Source of the DNA: a virus
Taxonomy: Duplodnaviria > Caudoviricetes
Virus record (IMG/VR): IMGVR_UViG_3300005253_000563
Coordinates: 1 to 56,414 of that record
DNA: 56,414 bases
Reading direction: 5' to 3' (one strand)
Shown here: in pieces, positions 29,407 through 39,195 of the stretch
Position numbering within the stretch: the first letter of the stretch is position 1
Layout: each line of letters begins with the position of its first letter
The notes under the pieces: model-generated
What the model was told of the DNA's origin: nothing
Database searches by the model: none
What the model saw: the letters and a program-made list of their open reading frames with translations, nothing else
Made by a program: the position numbers and the translations under genes

Positions 29407-29842
29407 GCCACGTAAGCAGTACGCAGTGTTAGCTGTGGAGGAATGGAGCGCTTTAACAGAAGATGGACGCCCCATCCAGATAAACTTTAAGCCGGGTATG
29501 CCAGTAGGATTCCTGCCTGTATTTGATGTTAGGGAGGATGCAGAGACTTGGGCTGAGAAATGTGGGGCGGTAGTTATCGAGACTCAGGGGATTAGGTGTG
29601 AAGCGTAAGCACGAAGGTTGCACACATGGGCCGGGGGGGTCGTGGACAAAAGACTCCACCCGTTATTGGTGTAAACGATGTGACACCTGTGATCGTTTTG
29701 GGCTCCGAGCAGAGTATTATGAGGTTTATTCTTATGAGGGCAGTTGGTGGTTTGAGTGTGTATGGTGTTGGGGAGAGACCGTTGCTAACTCTAATGGGGT
29801 ACGCCGGGGTTGGGGACATTCGAAATCTCAGTACCATCTGTA

Positions 29843-31138
29843 ATGACTAATCTCTTCTGGGCCATGGCCCTCGTCCTTGGTGACGCTACCTTCCTTGAGA
29901 AGTGGCGTCACGCTCTGAAGCCAGAGGCCTTACCTAAGGGACCAACACGATTCATGCTGGCAGCCGCACTGGAGCACTGGGACGCCCACCACCAGCTCAT
30001 GGACTACTCAGCCTATCTCTATTGGGTTGGCCAAGCTGTTGAGGATGAAGACTTGTATGAGAACTATACACAAATCTTTACAGACATCACTAGTGCCTAC
30101 GAACTCACTGACTCCAACCGTCCTATAGCATGGATAGCAGCAGAGTCGTGGGTGCAGAACTATCATGTAGGTATGGCCCTTGACCGTGCTCGTGCTCGCC
30201 TCGTTGCTGGTGACCGCAACAGTGCCTTCTCCGAGCTACTGGGCCTACGTGAGGTCACTGGAGAGCAGCGAGAGGAGCCTATAGAGATCAGCACTGGTGA
30301 TGGACTAGAGGAAATCATACGAAGGCGGCAGAAAGGCTTTAGGGACGCCCCTATCCCACTAGGAATTGACTTGTTCGATGAGGCACTGGAGGGAGGCGTA
30401 GAGGCGGGGGACTTAGCCGTCATTGCGGGGCCTACAAACTTAGGCAAGTCTCAATTTATGTGCTACTTGGCGGTGTCCGCATATAAAGCTAACAAAAGAG
30501 TTTTATATTTAACCTACGAACTAGGTAGGGAGATAATTGGGGAGCGTATTCTCACAGGTCTCTTGGAAATACCAAAGCAAGACCTTGACCCCGACACCGT
30601 AGTGGGCGATCTGATGAAGAAGCGAAAACAGTGGGGTGTCACTGATAAGGGGAGTATCATCATTGAGGATGGGCAACCTACCGTCGTTGCCCTACAACGA
30701 CGTATGGAAGAGGGGGATTTTGACCTGTTGCTGCTGGATAGTGCGGACGACATTACTCCCCGGCAGTCGTACCCTAGTTTGTATCTATCCCAAGCGGAAG
30801 TATACACAGACATTATGAGAGATATTTGTCATGCTATGCGCATACCTACTTGGAGTACAGCACAACTTAATCGGGAAGGGGTAGAACGTGCGCGTGTCAG
30901 TCTCAAGCATATAGGGGATTCATTCAAGAAAGCCCAAAGGGCTGTTCTTGTCGTTGCGATGTCTCAAACTGTGGAAGAGAAGGACTTTTACCTGGGTCCG
31001 CTTATGAAACTACATGCAATCAAAGAAACGAAGCATGGGGCACAGGGTGTATGGTGGCGCTACCTAACGAAGTTCGGAAGAGGGCCTAGAGGTTGGCCAG
31101 GATACGATTACTACCCTGAGAAAGGATCGCTTGAATGA
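29843..31138 (+). CDS. dnaB: Replicative DNA helicase, DnaB-like
   Basis: GPTNLGKS, YLTYEL, LLDSAD, STAQLNR; ATG 29843 in TAATG overlap. Confidence 0.9.
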   Translation: MTNLFWAMALVLGDATFLEKWRHALKPEALPKGPTRFMLAAALEHWDAHHQLMDYSAYLYWVGQAVEDEDLYENYTQIFTDITSAYELTDSNRPIAWIAAESWVQNYHVGMALDRARARLVAGDRNSAFSELLGLREVTGEQREEPIEISTGDGLEEIIRRRQKGFRDAPIPLGIDLFDEALEGGVEAGDLAVIAGPTNLGKSQFMCYLAVSAYKANKRVLYLTYELGREIIGERILTGLLEIPKQDLDPDTVVGDLMKKRKQWGVTDKGSIIIEDGQPTVVALQRRMEEGDFDLLLLDSADDITPRQSYPSLYLSQAEVYTDIMRDICHAMRIPTWSTAQLNREGVERARVSLKHIGDSFKKAQRAVLVVAMSQTVEEKDFYLGPLMKLHAIKETKHGAQGVWWRYLTKFGRGPRGWPGYDYYPEKGSLE

Positions 31139-31281
31139 CACACGATGGGGAACTTTATTGTATCTGGTGCAAAGAGTGTACTCTCTGCGATGATGACCAT
31201 TACTGTATGGAGTGTGAGTGCTGTTGGTCCATATGTATGTGTGACGACTCAAAGTATGAGGTAGACTCGGGCTGGAGATGA
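31135..31281 (+). CDS. 48 aa microprotein with 10 Cys (not in ORF track)
   Basis: ATGA overlaps with both helicase stop and primase start. Confidence 0.7.
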   Translation: MTHDGELYCIWCKECTLCDDDHYCMECECCWSICMCDDSKYEVDSGWR

Positions 31282-32249
31282 ACACACAACTTCTCATTGA
31301 GACCCTAGAAGGCCACAACCATAAGGTCAGGTTGGTAGAAGGAGACACAGAGCTGGTCATCGCCTGCCCCTTGTGCTTTTCCGAGAAGCAGAAGCTCTAC
31401 GTGGAAGCAGCTACAGGACTATGGACTTGTTTCCTGTGCGATGAGAAAGGTGGCTTAAACAGGCTGCTTAGAAAAGTGTGCGACCTCTCCTACCAAGAGG
31501 CTATCATACTGGAGCAGGAGATCAGAGGGGGAGATGAGAAGAAGCCTACTATGGTTGTCTCTCGTCCCCCTCCTCCCTCTTCCGTAGAGTTACCACCGGG
31601 GTTCCAGTTGGAATGCGATACGGGGGCTAACATAGCCAGCGATTACCTAGTGTCTCGGAAACTTAATGGGGGTTGGGTTGCTGATATGGGTATTGGCTAT
31701 TGTTTGGTAGGAAAGTATCATCATCGTGTGATTGTTCCAATCTGGACGCAAGGGTTCTTACGTACCTTTGTTGCTCGTACTTGGCTCCCCAACGAAAAAA
31801 AGAAGGTACTAATGCCGGAAGGTAGCCAGGCAGAGCGAGCTTTGTACGGATATGACTGGCTCATGGAGGAGAATCATGTCTCGCCTCCAGAGAATCTTAT
31901 TCTTGTTGAAGGTGTCTTTGATGCTATCAGGATGTGGCAACTTCAATATCCGGACACACTAGCTACTCTAGGCGCACACCTCACAGAGCTTCAGAGAGCC
32001 TTGGTGAAACAACTCAAGCCCAAGTCCGTTGTGCTTTTAAGAGACGGGGATACTGCTGGACGTAAGGCTGCCATTGAGAAGGAGGGTAGGGAGCTGGCCT
32101 ACGATATGCTGAATGTGTCTATCGCTTCCCTCCCTGCGGGGACAGACCCCTGTTCAGTAGAACCAAAGGATATTAGGCGGGCACTTGACGAGGCCCGTCC
32201 TATTACGGTAGACTATGGTATCGAGACTCAGAAAGAGGTGCATCAATGA
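31278..32249 (+). CDS. dnaG: DNA primase (Zn finger + TOPRIM)
   Basis: CPLC...CFLC, RVIVPI, VEGVFDA, DGD.AG. Confidence 0.9.
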   Translation: MNTQLLIETLEGHNHKVRLVEGDTELVIACPLCFSEKQKLYVEAATGLWTCFLCDEKGGLNRLLRKVCDLSYQEAIILEQEIRGGDEKKPTMVVSRPPPPSSVELPPGFQLECDTGANIASDYLVSRKLNGGWVADMGIGYCLVGKYHHRVIVPIWTQGFLRTFVARTWLPNEKKKVLMPEGSQAERALYGYDWLMEENHVSPPENLILVEGVFDAIRMWQLQYPDTLATLGAHLTELQRALVKQLKPKSVVLLRDGDTAGRKAAIEKEGRELAYDMLNVSIASLPAGTDPCSVEPKDIRRALDEARPITVDYGIETQKEVHQ

Positions 32250-33196
32250 GTAAGAGCGATATGAAGAAGTGGGCGTCAGAGGTTGACACTAGTCAAACTG
32301 ATGCTCTTATTGAAGAGCTTCAAAAGGACTACGCATCAGAGAAAAAGCCTTGGGATGAAATAGAGGGCACTAAGGATAAGTACGCCCCTAACTATCGACG
32401 TATCTGTCCAAAGCGTCCTGCGTGGGAGACTCCGTATCTTGTCAGGCCCTGCCATTACCTTGGTCCACACAATCAGATGGTACTCTGTTTGAAGGAAGCA
32501 GGTATCTGTGAGTGCCCTGCCTGCCAACTACGACTTGATCTTGAGAAGGGGGGCGACAAGAAGGGGGCGGCAATGCTCAGGCCGTCTGTACGTACCTTCC
32601 TAAATGTGGTTCATCTGAATGAGGAGGGTGGTCTGGCAGAGGAGAAGATTTACCTATTGGGACTCAACAAACTCCAATTCCTCGGTAAGCAAGGTACGGA
32701 GTACGACATGGATGAGGAGAGTGACCTCCCCTTGTACTACTTCTTCAAGCAGTACGGTGATCTATCTCATGTCGAGCATGGTCGCGATCTACGTATTCGG
32801 GCAAAACAAGAGGATTGGGATGGAAACAAATTCTTCACTATGAAGTTCAAGGTAAGTGAGCCCAGTCCCTTCCCTGGTAGTAGCGACCTTTTAGATGAAG
32901 AGCTGATAGATTTGATGTCTGTCGCTCCTGCCTTGGAGCCCAGCGAGATGATGGCTCTTATCGAAGGTCGGGCTAGCGGGGCTGTGTCCTTATCCGCTCC
33001 AGTAGAGACGCCTGCTCTTGCTGCACCAGCAGAGGAAGCACCAAGGAGCCGCTGGGGTGATGATGACGATGCTGGTGAGGCTACTTCATCTGTTGAACCT
33101 GTGACTGAAGAGGGGAAGGCAGAACCTAAGAGTCCGCCTCAGACTAACCCAAAGGCAGCTATGGAGCGGTTAAATAAGCACTTGGAGAAGAAGTAA
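32246..33196 (+). CDS. Single-stranded DNA-binding protein, T4 gp32-like
   Basis: H/C zinc motif with CPAC, GDL...GRDL.I, acidic C-terminal region, between primase and RecA. Confidence 0.7.
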   Translation: MSKSDMKKWASEVDTSQTDALIEELQKDYASEKKPWDEIEGTKDKYAPNYRRICPKRPAWETPYLVRPCHYLGPHNQMVLCLKEAGICECPACQLRLDLEKGGDKKGAAMLRPSVRTFLNVVHLNEEGGLAEEKIYLLGLNKLQFLGKQGTEYDMDEESDLPLYYFFKQYGDLSHVEHGRDLRIRAKQEDWDGNKFFTMKFKVSEPSPFPGSSDLLDEELIDLMSVAPALEPSEMMALIEGRASGAVSLSAPVETPALAAPAEEAPRSRWGDDDDAGEATSSVEPVTEEGKAEPKSPPQTNPKAAMERLNKHLEKK

Positions 33197-33197
33197 G

Positions 33198-33314
33198 ATG
33201 GTAGAATTGGTGCTAGGGTTACAAGGGTTATCGATCATATTAGGAGTGAGTGCTCTATTCATAGGGCTAGCCGTTGTAACATTGAACATATATCTACTTA
33301 CTCATTATGACTGA
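33198..33314 (+). CDS. 38 aa single-TM microprotein
   Basis: MVELVLGLQGLSIILGVSALFIGLAVVTLNIYLLTHYD fills the SSB-RecA gap. Confidence 0.55.
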   Translation: MVELVLGLQGLSIILGVSALFIGLAVVTLNIYLLTHYD

Positions 33315-34368
33315 CCCAAAGGAAGTCATTGAGCGCCTGCAAAAGAGCGACGGCGACCTAACGGTACAGTTAGGGCGTGAGGGGGACATTATTGCGGAGC
33401 CCACAGGGTATGTCAGCACTCGTTGCCCCGTTCTGGACTTTCTTATTGGGCGTCCTGGTGTTCCTCTTGGGGGTATTAGTCTCTGGATTGGTGCCTATGG
33501 TTCAGGAAAAAGTACTATTTGTTTGAACATCTTGGCTGAGATACAAACTAGAGGCGGACTAGCTGTAGTGTTTGATACTGAGGGCAGGTTTTCCTTCTCA
33601 AGAGCAGAGAAGTTTGGTATTGACCTAGATAAGCTTATCATTGCTCAACCTGATACCTTAGAGGAACTATTCAAGGGCTTGAAGAGAATGATTGAGGCCA
33701 TACGAGACGGTTCTTTTGATCAGGATGTGGTTATTGTAGTAGACGGTATTGCTGGGGCTCCCCTAGAGAAGGAAGCGAAGGGAGAGAAGACCGCCTTAGG
33801 CGCACAGTCCCTCCTCATCAGGAAAGAGTTGAGAGTTCTGACCATGCTGGTCAATCGGCAGCGTATTGGGCTGGTCATCACCACGCAGCCTAGGCAGAAG
33901 ATCAACCTTGGAGGGTTTACGCCATCAAGGACAAGTTGGATGGGGGAAGACCCTTTAGGTCACGCCGCCTTGACCACCATCCTACTAGAGAAGAAATCTA
34001 AGATCGGCGATGACCCTGCTAGTCCTATAGGGCATGTCCACCTTGCCACCCTGATTGACACCCGTATTGCTGGTTGCACTGACCCCGAGTGTAAAACCTG
34101 CTGCCGTAAGGACTTCAAGAGGACGTTTGATTTCTACAGTGCTACAGGGCCAGACTTCTATGGCTCTGCTCTGGACGTATTGATGGAGGCGGGAGAGATA
34201 ACCCACACAAGTGGTTGGTACCGCTTCCGTGACCCTGAGAAGAAGGAGAAGGGGTTCCGTCGTGACGACTTTGAGAAGGTGCTGATGGATAAGCCTGAGA
34301 TTCTAGAGGCTCTATCGGTTATACTACAGGGGGGCCATCCTCCTGTTGAGGAAGAGGAGAAAGAGTAA
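33307..34368 (+). CDS. recA: RecA/UvsX-like recombinase
   Basis: GAYGSGKST, FDTE, QPDTLEE, VVDGIA, Q.RQKI, GWY.F. Confidence 0.9.
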   Translation: MTDPKEVIERLQKSDGDLTVQLGREGDIIAEPTGYVSTRCPVLDFLIGRPGVPLGGISLWIGAYGSGKSTICLNILAEIQTRGGLAVVFDTEGRFSFSRAEKFGIDLDKLIIAQPDTLEELFKGLKRMIEAIRDGSFDQDVVIVVDGIAGAPLEKEAKGEKTALGAQSLLIRKELRVLTMLVNRQRIGLVITTQPRQKINLGGFTPSRTSWMGEDPLGHAALTTILLEKKSKIGDDPASPIGHVHLATLIDTRIAGCTDPECKTCCRKDFKRTFDFYSATGPDFYGSALDVLMEAGEITHTSGWYRFRDPEKKEKGFRRDDFEKVLMDKPEILEALSVILQGGHPPVEEEEKE

Positions 34369-34374
34369 TAAACA

Positions 34375-34925
34375 ATGAATAATGAATATAACACAGAGTT
34401 AATAAAGGGCAAGTATATGGATGCCAGTGCGGTTCCTATCCAACATATCTTTCAAGAGTATGCTTGGTGGGGAGATGCCGTGGCCACTCCACCCGGATGC
34501 GCTTATGAAATAAAACTCATTGCTGGGGGTACTGATATAGATAATCTCTCTTCAGCTGTACGAACGAAGATCAAGAAGCACTCACTGAGCGGCCACTTAC
34601 GTGTCGCACGACGCCGTGACCGCCTCTTCATTATAAATGCTGCCTCTGTGGAGTAGTAATAATGCCTGAATACATAAGTATCAACGAGATTCCTGAACAC
34701 GGGAACGAGTCGGGTAAAAAGTATGCTTGGATCGAAGAGGTCTTGGCTACCCCGCCTGGGTGTGCTTATGAGGTAATAAGTGAAAAAGGGCACAAGACCG
34801 TAGCGAGTTCGGTACGGTATTTTCTTAGGAAACGGCAACCACAGGGACCTTTACGTATGGTATGTCGTGGTTCGCGTGTCTTCGTCGTAAATGATTCGCC
34901 AGTTATGGGAGAGGATCAAGCTTGA
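34375..34925 (+). other. Tandem paralogous small genes (34375-34656, 34662-34925)
   Basis: Both carry YAW....ATPPGCAYE and LR...R..R.F..N. Confidence 0.75.
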
Positions 34926-35434
34926 TGAGGGCAGGTACCGCATTGGTATTTAGCACTGTTGCAGTTGAAACAGAGAACTTGAATGTTTTCTGTAGGGTAC
35001 CCCTTGGCCTTCAAGGTGCTATAGAGTGAGGTACCTAGGGTTTTCGAGCTACTGGGCTGTTCTCGCCCGTCAATGTGGTCGATTGTAAGAAATTGTATTG
35101 TATGTTCACCACAACAAGCACATTTGCCGCCGTAAGCGTTCATCGTTTCCTCCTTCAGGCGTTGTCGCCAAGTTTTATTATTTGTTTTGGCTTTACCCGA
35201 GCAATTATCGCACCTCGTTGTGGTGGTGGAGGGACAAAGACCACATTGAGTACAAGTTCCCTCTTGAAGACGTTTCTTTCGGCGTTGGGCTGTTTTTACC
35301 CCATCCCGAGCGTGACAGCTATTGCAGGTGGTTACCTTCATTCTTTCACGGGGATGGCCGCATTGCGAGCACAGTCCTTGATCAACTCGGGTTCTGTAAT
35401 ACTTTTGCATATACGGTTGTGTATTCTTAGGCAT
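34916..35434 (-). CDS. HNH endonuclease with tandem Cys repeats, antisense insertion
   Basis: YGGKCACCGE, LTIDHID, QVLCFNCN; two G.C.QCG...C..C repeats; ATG 35434 at predicted +1. Confidence 0.85.
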   Translation of the reverse strand: MPKNTQPYMQKYYRTRVDQGLCSQCGHPRERMKVTTCNSCHARDGVKTAQRRKKRLQEGTCTQCGLCPSTTTTRCDNCSGKAKTNNKTWRQRLKEETMNAYGGKCACCGEHTIQFLTIDHIDGREQPSSSKTLGTSLYSTLKAKGYPTENIQVLCFNCNSAKYQCGTCPHQA

Positions 35435-35440
35435 ATTCAC

Positions 35441-35469
35441 AGTATATCACTAAAAGGAGGTGTTGTCAA
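35441..35469 (-). promoter_or_regulatory. sigma70 promoter for the antisense HNH (leaderless)
   Basis: TTGACA-N17-TATACT, ATG after a 6-nt gap. Confidence 0.75.
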
Positions 35470-36441
35470 GTGCCTACTACCTACGCTCGCTTGAGCCGTA
35501 TCCACATAAAAAACTTTCAAAGCGTGGAGGATGCTACTCTAGAATTGGGCAATCTAACCTGCTTGGTGGGTGCGGGCGATTGTGGTAAGTCAGCCTTCCT
35601 CCGAGCAATACGTGCTGTCTGCCTCAACGATGCTGTAGATGAAGACATTCGTCACGGCACTAAGCAGACTGAGGTGACCTTAACCTTCGAGGATGGTACC
35701 GAGATTATATGGAGCAAAGCCCTCAAGAAGGGTGGCTGCTACCGTATGGGGGACACTGAGTACAATAAATGTAATGGCCAAGTTCCAGAAGCCATAGCTG
35801 AGTATCTAGGTATTGGTAGTATTGAGGTAGACTCAACTACTACCTTGACTCCCCAACTTAGCGATCAACATGACCTGCCTTTCATCATCATGGAAACGGG
35901 CTCCAAGAGGGCGCGTATCCTGGGGAAGGCCACCCGTCTAGACCTTGTAATCACTGCCCAGATGCAGTGTAAGAAGGAACTAGACCAGACTAGACGGGCA
36001 GCGACAGAAGCAGCCACCAGCCTTACTATAGTTGAGGAACAGCTTGAAGCTATCCCCGATTATAAAGACATAGAGAACGACCTGAATGGGGTAGAGGGGG
36101 ATATCAAGACCCTTCAGGAGAGCCTTGAGCGTGCTGATCAGGCTGAGAATTTGGTAGATAGGATTGAAGAGGCACACTCAAGAGCAACAGCCTTGGATGT
36201 GGCTCCTCTCTATGCTAAGCTGGATGTAGCGGCTGAGTCTCTTGATAGGGCTGAGTGTCTTCAATGTCTAGCTAAGAGAATCCCCGAGCTGACGAAGGAG
36301 ATGGAAGATAGGGGTAAGAGGGTGGGTGACCACAAGGAAGCCTTGGAGAGTTTTCAAGAACAGTTGACTGCGACGTGTATAGAGGCCGGAATTTGCGAGG
36401 CCTGCAATGGCCTCCTGTCCCATGAGGAGTGTACAGGATGA
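35470..36441 (+). CDS. SbcC/Rad50-like ATPase, N-terminal half
   Basis: IKNFQS, GAGDCGKS Walker A, Q-loop, coiled coil, terminal CEAC hook; no Walker B. Confidence 0.88.
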   Translation: MPTTYARLSRIHIKNFQSVEDATLELGNLTCLVGAGDCGKSAFLRAIRAVCLNDAVDEDIRHGTKQTEVTLTFEDGTEIIWSKALKKGGCYRMGDTEYNKCNGQVPEAIAEYLGIGSIEVDSTTTLTPQLSDQHDLPFIIMETGSKRARILGKATRLDLVITAQMQCKKELDQTRRAATEAATSLTIVEEQLEAIPDYKDIENDLNGVEGDIKTLQESLERADQAENLVDRIEEAHSRATALDVAPLYAKLDVAAESLDRAECLQCLAKRIPELTKEMEDRGKRVGDHKEALESFQEQLTATCIEAGICEACNGLLSHEECTG

Positions 36442-36616
36442 GACGTATTATCGTCGGGCGTACGACTAGCAAACATCTATTCATACGGCTCACCGCCGCA
36501 TCAGGCTATAGCATTATAAAGGGGGAGTTAGTCTTCTCGTTGATCCCTGGAGATGCTAAATACCTAAGGGATGAGCTCGATACTTGTCTCCGTCTAGCTA
36601 ACGAGGAGGCAACGCC

Positions 36617-37609
36617 ATCAAACTTCTAATCTTCGGTGACCTACACATCGCAGACAAGCCTCCTGGTGGTCGTGTGGATGACTACGCCCAAACCATGCTA
36701 GGTAAGCTGGAGCAGATTGGCAGACTCTGTGAGAAGTACAAGGTGAAGTCTATTATAGGGCTGGGGGATATCTTCCATTTGAAGCAGCCTAATAGAGTTA
36801 GTCATGCTCTTACGCAAGCCCTTATTGTGGCTTTTAATAACTTCCCCACTACTCCTCTCATTGTCCCTGGTAACCATGACCTTGGCCCCGATGGGTTAGA
36901 CAGTCTACCTCGGCAGCCATTAGGGACACTTGTTCGGGCTTCGGCGGTAAAGCTTTTGCTCTCTATCAAAGACAGCAGAACAGGGGTCTGGCTTATCCCC
37001 CGTCCCTACAACGCTGCTGCTGAAGGAGTACACGATGACCAGGCTGACCCATCCTACTATAGTCTTACCGAAGAAGAGGAGGCACTCATTGCGAAGAATC
37101 CAGTTCCCCTTATTGGATTGGCCCACGGTTCTATCGTTGGTCCGGGAGACAGCCGTCCTTATCCCTACGTTAACGTGGACAAGATTCCCGGCATCGACCA
37201 GTACGATGCTTTTATCGCTGGACATCTGCATGAATGCTTGGGAGTCACAGAGGTAGGCAAAACCATTTTTGCTAACCCAGGCTCCATAGGCAGAACACGC
37301 AGGGACATGGCTAGCTACGCCCGTACAGTGGAGGTGTTGATAGTGACAGTTGATTCGGATGGACTGAAGGTAGAAGAGGTACCTCTCCCTGGTGTGGCTC
37401 CTGCCCTTGAGGTGTTTGGAGCGAGAGAAGTGGAGGAGGGGCCTGAGCTACAGGATGATGAGATCAGTAAGTTTGTTGAGATGTTAGGTGAGGGGTTGCC
37501 TGCTGAGAAGATGTCTCTCGCTGAACTGATGGCTCAGGATGAATTTAAAGACATAGAAGCGCCTGTGAAGGCAAAGGTTCAAGAACTTTTGGGAGGAGCT
37601 GAGTCGTGA
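36617..37609 (+). CDS. SbcD/Mre11-like metallophosphoesterase nuclease
   Basis: GDLH (upstream of track start), GDIFH, GNHD, AHG, GHLH, NPGS; start placed at ATC 36617. Confidence 0.88.
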   Translation: MKLLIFGDLHIADKPPGGRVDDYAQTMLGKLEQIGRLCEKYKVKSIIGLGDIFHLKQPNRVSHALTQALIVAFNNFPTTPLIVPGNHDLGPDGLDSLPRQPLGTLVRASAVKLLLSIKDSRTGVWLIPRPYNAAAEGVHDDQADPSYYSLTEEEEALIAKNPVPLIGLAHGSIVGPGDSRPYPYVNVDKIPGIDQYDAFIAGHLHECLGVTEVGKTIFANPGSIGRTRRDMASYARTVEVLIVTVDSDGLKVEEVPLPGVAPALEVFGAREVEEGPELQDDEISKFVEMLGEGLPAEKMSLAELMAQDEFKDIEAPVKAKVQELLGGAES

Positions 37610-37817
37610 TTAAAATGTTATACGCCTATCGTTATTTCCCTGCGGGCTGCATTGAGGAACGCTTGAATGAAGCCTATCAACGTGGCTGGAAGCTTCATAC
37701 CTTTTGCGATGTTACCAATCTTGAGGGTGTAATAGCTTCGGTAGTGTTCCAATGGGCTGGTACTCCGAGCACTGTTTGGCAGTCGCCTTTTGCAGACGAT
37801 GAAGAAGAGGGAGAAGA

Positions 37818-38072
37818 ATGATACCAACTAACATCGCTCAACTGAGGAAGGACATGGACTCCTGTCGCTCTGACCTGGCTAAGATTGAGGGACAGCAGGA
37901 GGGTGCAGAGACAGAGATTGCTGCTCTGAATAAGGAAGCCAAAGAGCTTGGTATTGAGCCAGACGACCTCCGTGAGGCGGCTGAGCGTATTATTGATGAC
38001 GTGCAGGAGGCGCTTGGTGTGGTGAGGGGAGAGGTGACTAATGTTACAGGACGAATTGACAGCGGAGATTAA
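37818..38072 (+). CDS. Small coiled-coil protein
   Basis: 84 aa heptads immediately before the SbcC C-half. Confidence 0.7.
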   Translation: MIPTNIAQLRKDMDSCRSDLAKIEGQQEGAETEIAALNKEAKELGIEPDDLREAAERIIDDVQEALGVVRGEVTNVTGRIDSGD

Positions 38073-38709
38073 CAACCTCCTCAGGCAGACAGGGACCAGT
38101 CGCCAACGTTGTCATGCTATGCGAGGTCAATGGGAAATGTTATCGTCCCAGAGTCAGACCTTAGTAGAGAAGCAGGCAGTCGCTGAAGACGAGGAGACTC
38201 TGCTAGCAAAGGCACAGGAGGTGCTGTATAGGTTAGAAGAAAGTTGGAGAGGTCACTACCAGGCGGGTCTGGCTGGGCTGGGTAGCCGTGGTCTAAATGC
38301 TGTCTTCACTGACGACGAGTATGAGGTGCTCCTAGAGTCCACCACCAAGCGAGGTGCTACTAGTCTAGACATCGTTCTGTCTAAGAATGGGCAGAGGGTA
38401 CGTCTCAAGGGTGGCTCAGGTGGTTCAATCATTCAGGTATTGGCGTACATCCTACGGCACATCACAACGACCACCCACCGCCCTGCGTTGCGTTCGTTTG
38501 AGGCCCTAGACGAACCCTTCTCTCAGGTTGCGGAGGAGCAGAGACCGGCTCTATGTGCTATGGTGAAGGACATAACACAACGTCTAGGATTTCAATCTCT
38601 CATCTCGTCCCATGAGACTGAGCTACTGGACGCTGCTGACGTGGCCTATCGTGTTCGTTCCGGTGGGAAGTTGGAACTGTTGAAGTCTGTTGGGGAGGAT
38701 AGGTCATGA
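38041..38709 (+). CDS. SbcC/Rad50-like ATPase, C-terminal half
   Basis: Coiled coil, GSGG signature, LDEPF Walker B/D-loop, ISSH H-loop. Confidence 0.88.
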   Translation: MLQDELTAEINNLLRQTGTSRQRCHAMRGQWEMLSSQSQTLVEKQAVAEDEETLLAKAQEVLYRLEESWRGHYQAGLAGLGSRGLNAVFTDDEYEVLLESTTKRGATSLDIVLSKNGQRVRLKGGSGGSIIQVLAYILRHITTTTHRPALRSFEALDEPFSQVAEEQRPALCAMVKDITQRLGFQSLISSHETELLDAADVAYRVRSGGKLELLKSVGEDRS

Positions 38710-38832
38710 TACGCTTTAGTTATGATGCTCCCAGACAAGTAGACAGCTTCTTGTATTGGCTCTTCTTTACATGGGGTTTAGATTCTACTGGGTGGAGAGG
38801 ATTTCGTATTTTAGGATTGGTGATAGAATACC

Positions 38833-39195
38833 ATGAGTAGACGCTCCACAGTAAACCAGAGTAAGGACGCAGAACGGGAGGTTGCTCGCCAGCTAGGCGG
38901 TAGGCGTCTCCACTCAGGTGAGTGGAAGCGTAAGAGTGGTGATGTCGATGTAATAGGAACTTTCTTCCTTGCTCAGGTCAAGCACCGTTCGGGGGTGCCT
39001 AACTACATTATTGAGGGAATGAATCAGATTCAGGAGGCAGCCACAGAACGAGAAGAACTACGGCGTTTGGAGCCAGGTATTGTTGCCCACCCCGATGCAC
39101 TTCTAGTCCTACGAACAAAGCCAGGACAAGGGAAGCCGTCTAGGACTTTCGTGATTCAAGAGATTGAGGACTGGCTACGTGAACCGAGTCCGTGA
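38833..39195 (+). CDS. Holliday junction resolvase-like PD-(D/E)xK nuclease
   Basis: EREVA...GDVD...QVK. Confidence 0.7.
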   Translation: MSRRSTVNQSKDAEREVARQLGGRRLHSGEWKRKSGDVDVIGTFFLAQVKHRSGVPNYIIEGMNQIQEAATEREELRRLEPGIVAHPDALLVLRTKPGQGKPSRTFVIQEIEDWLREPSP

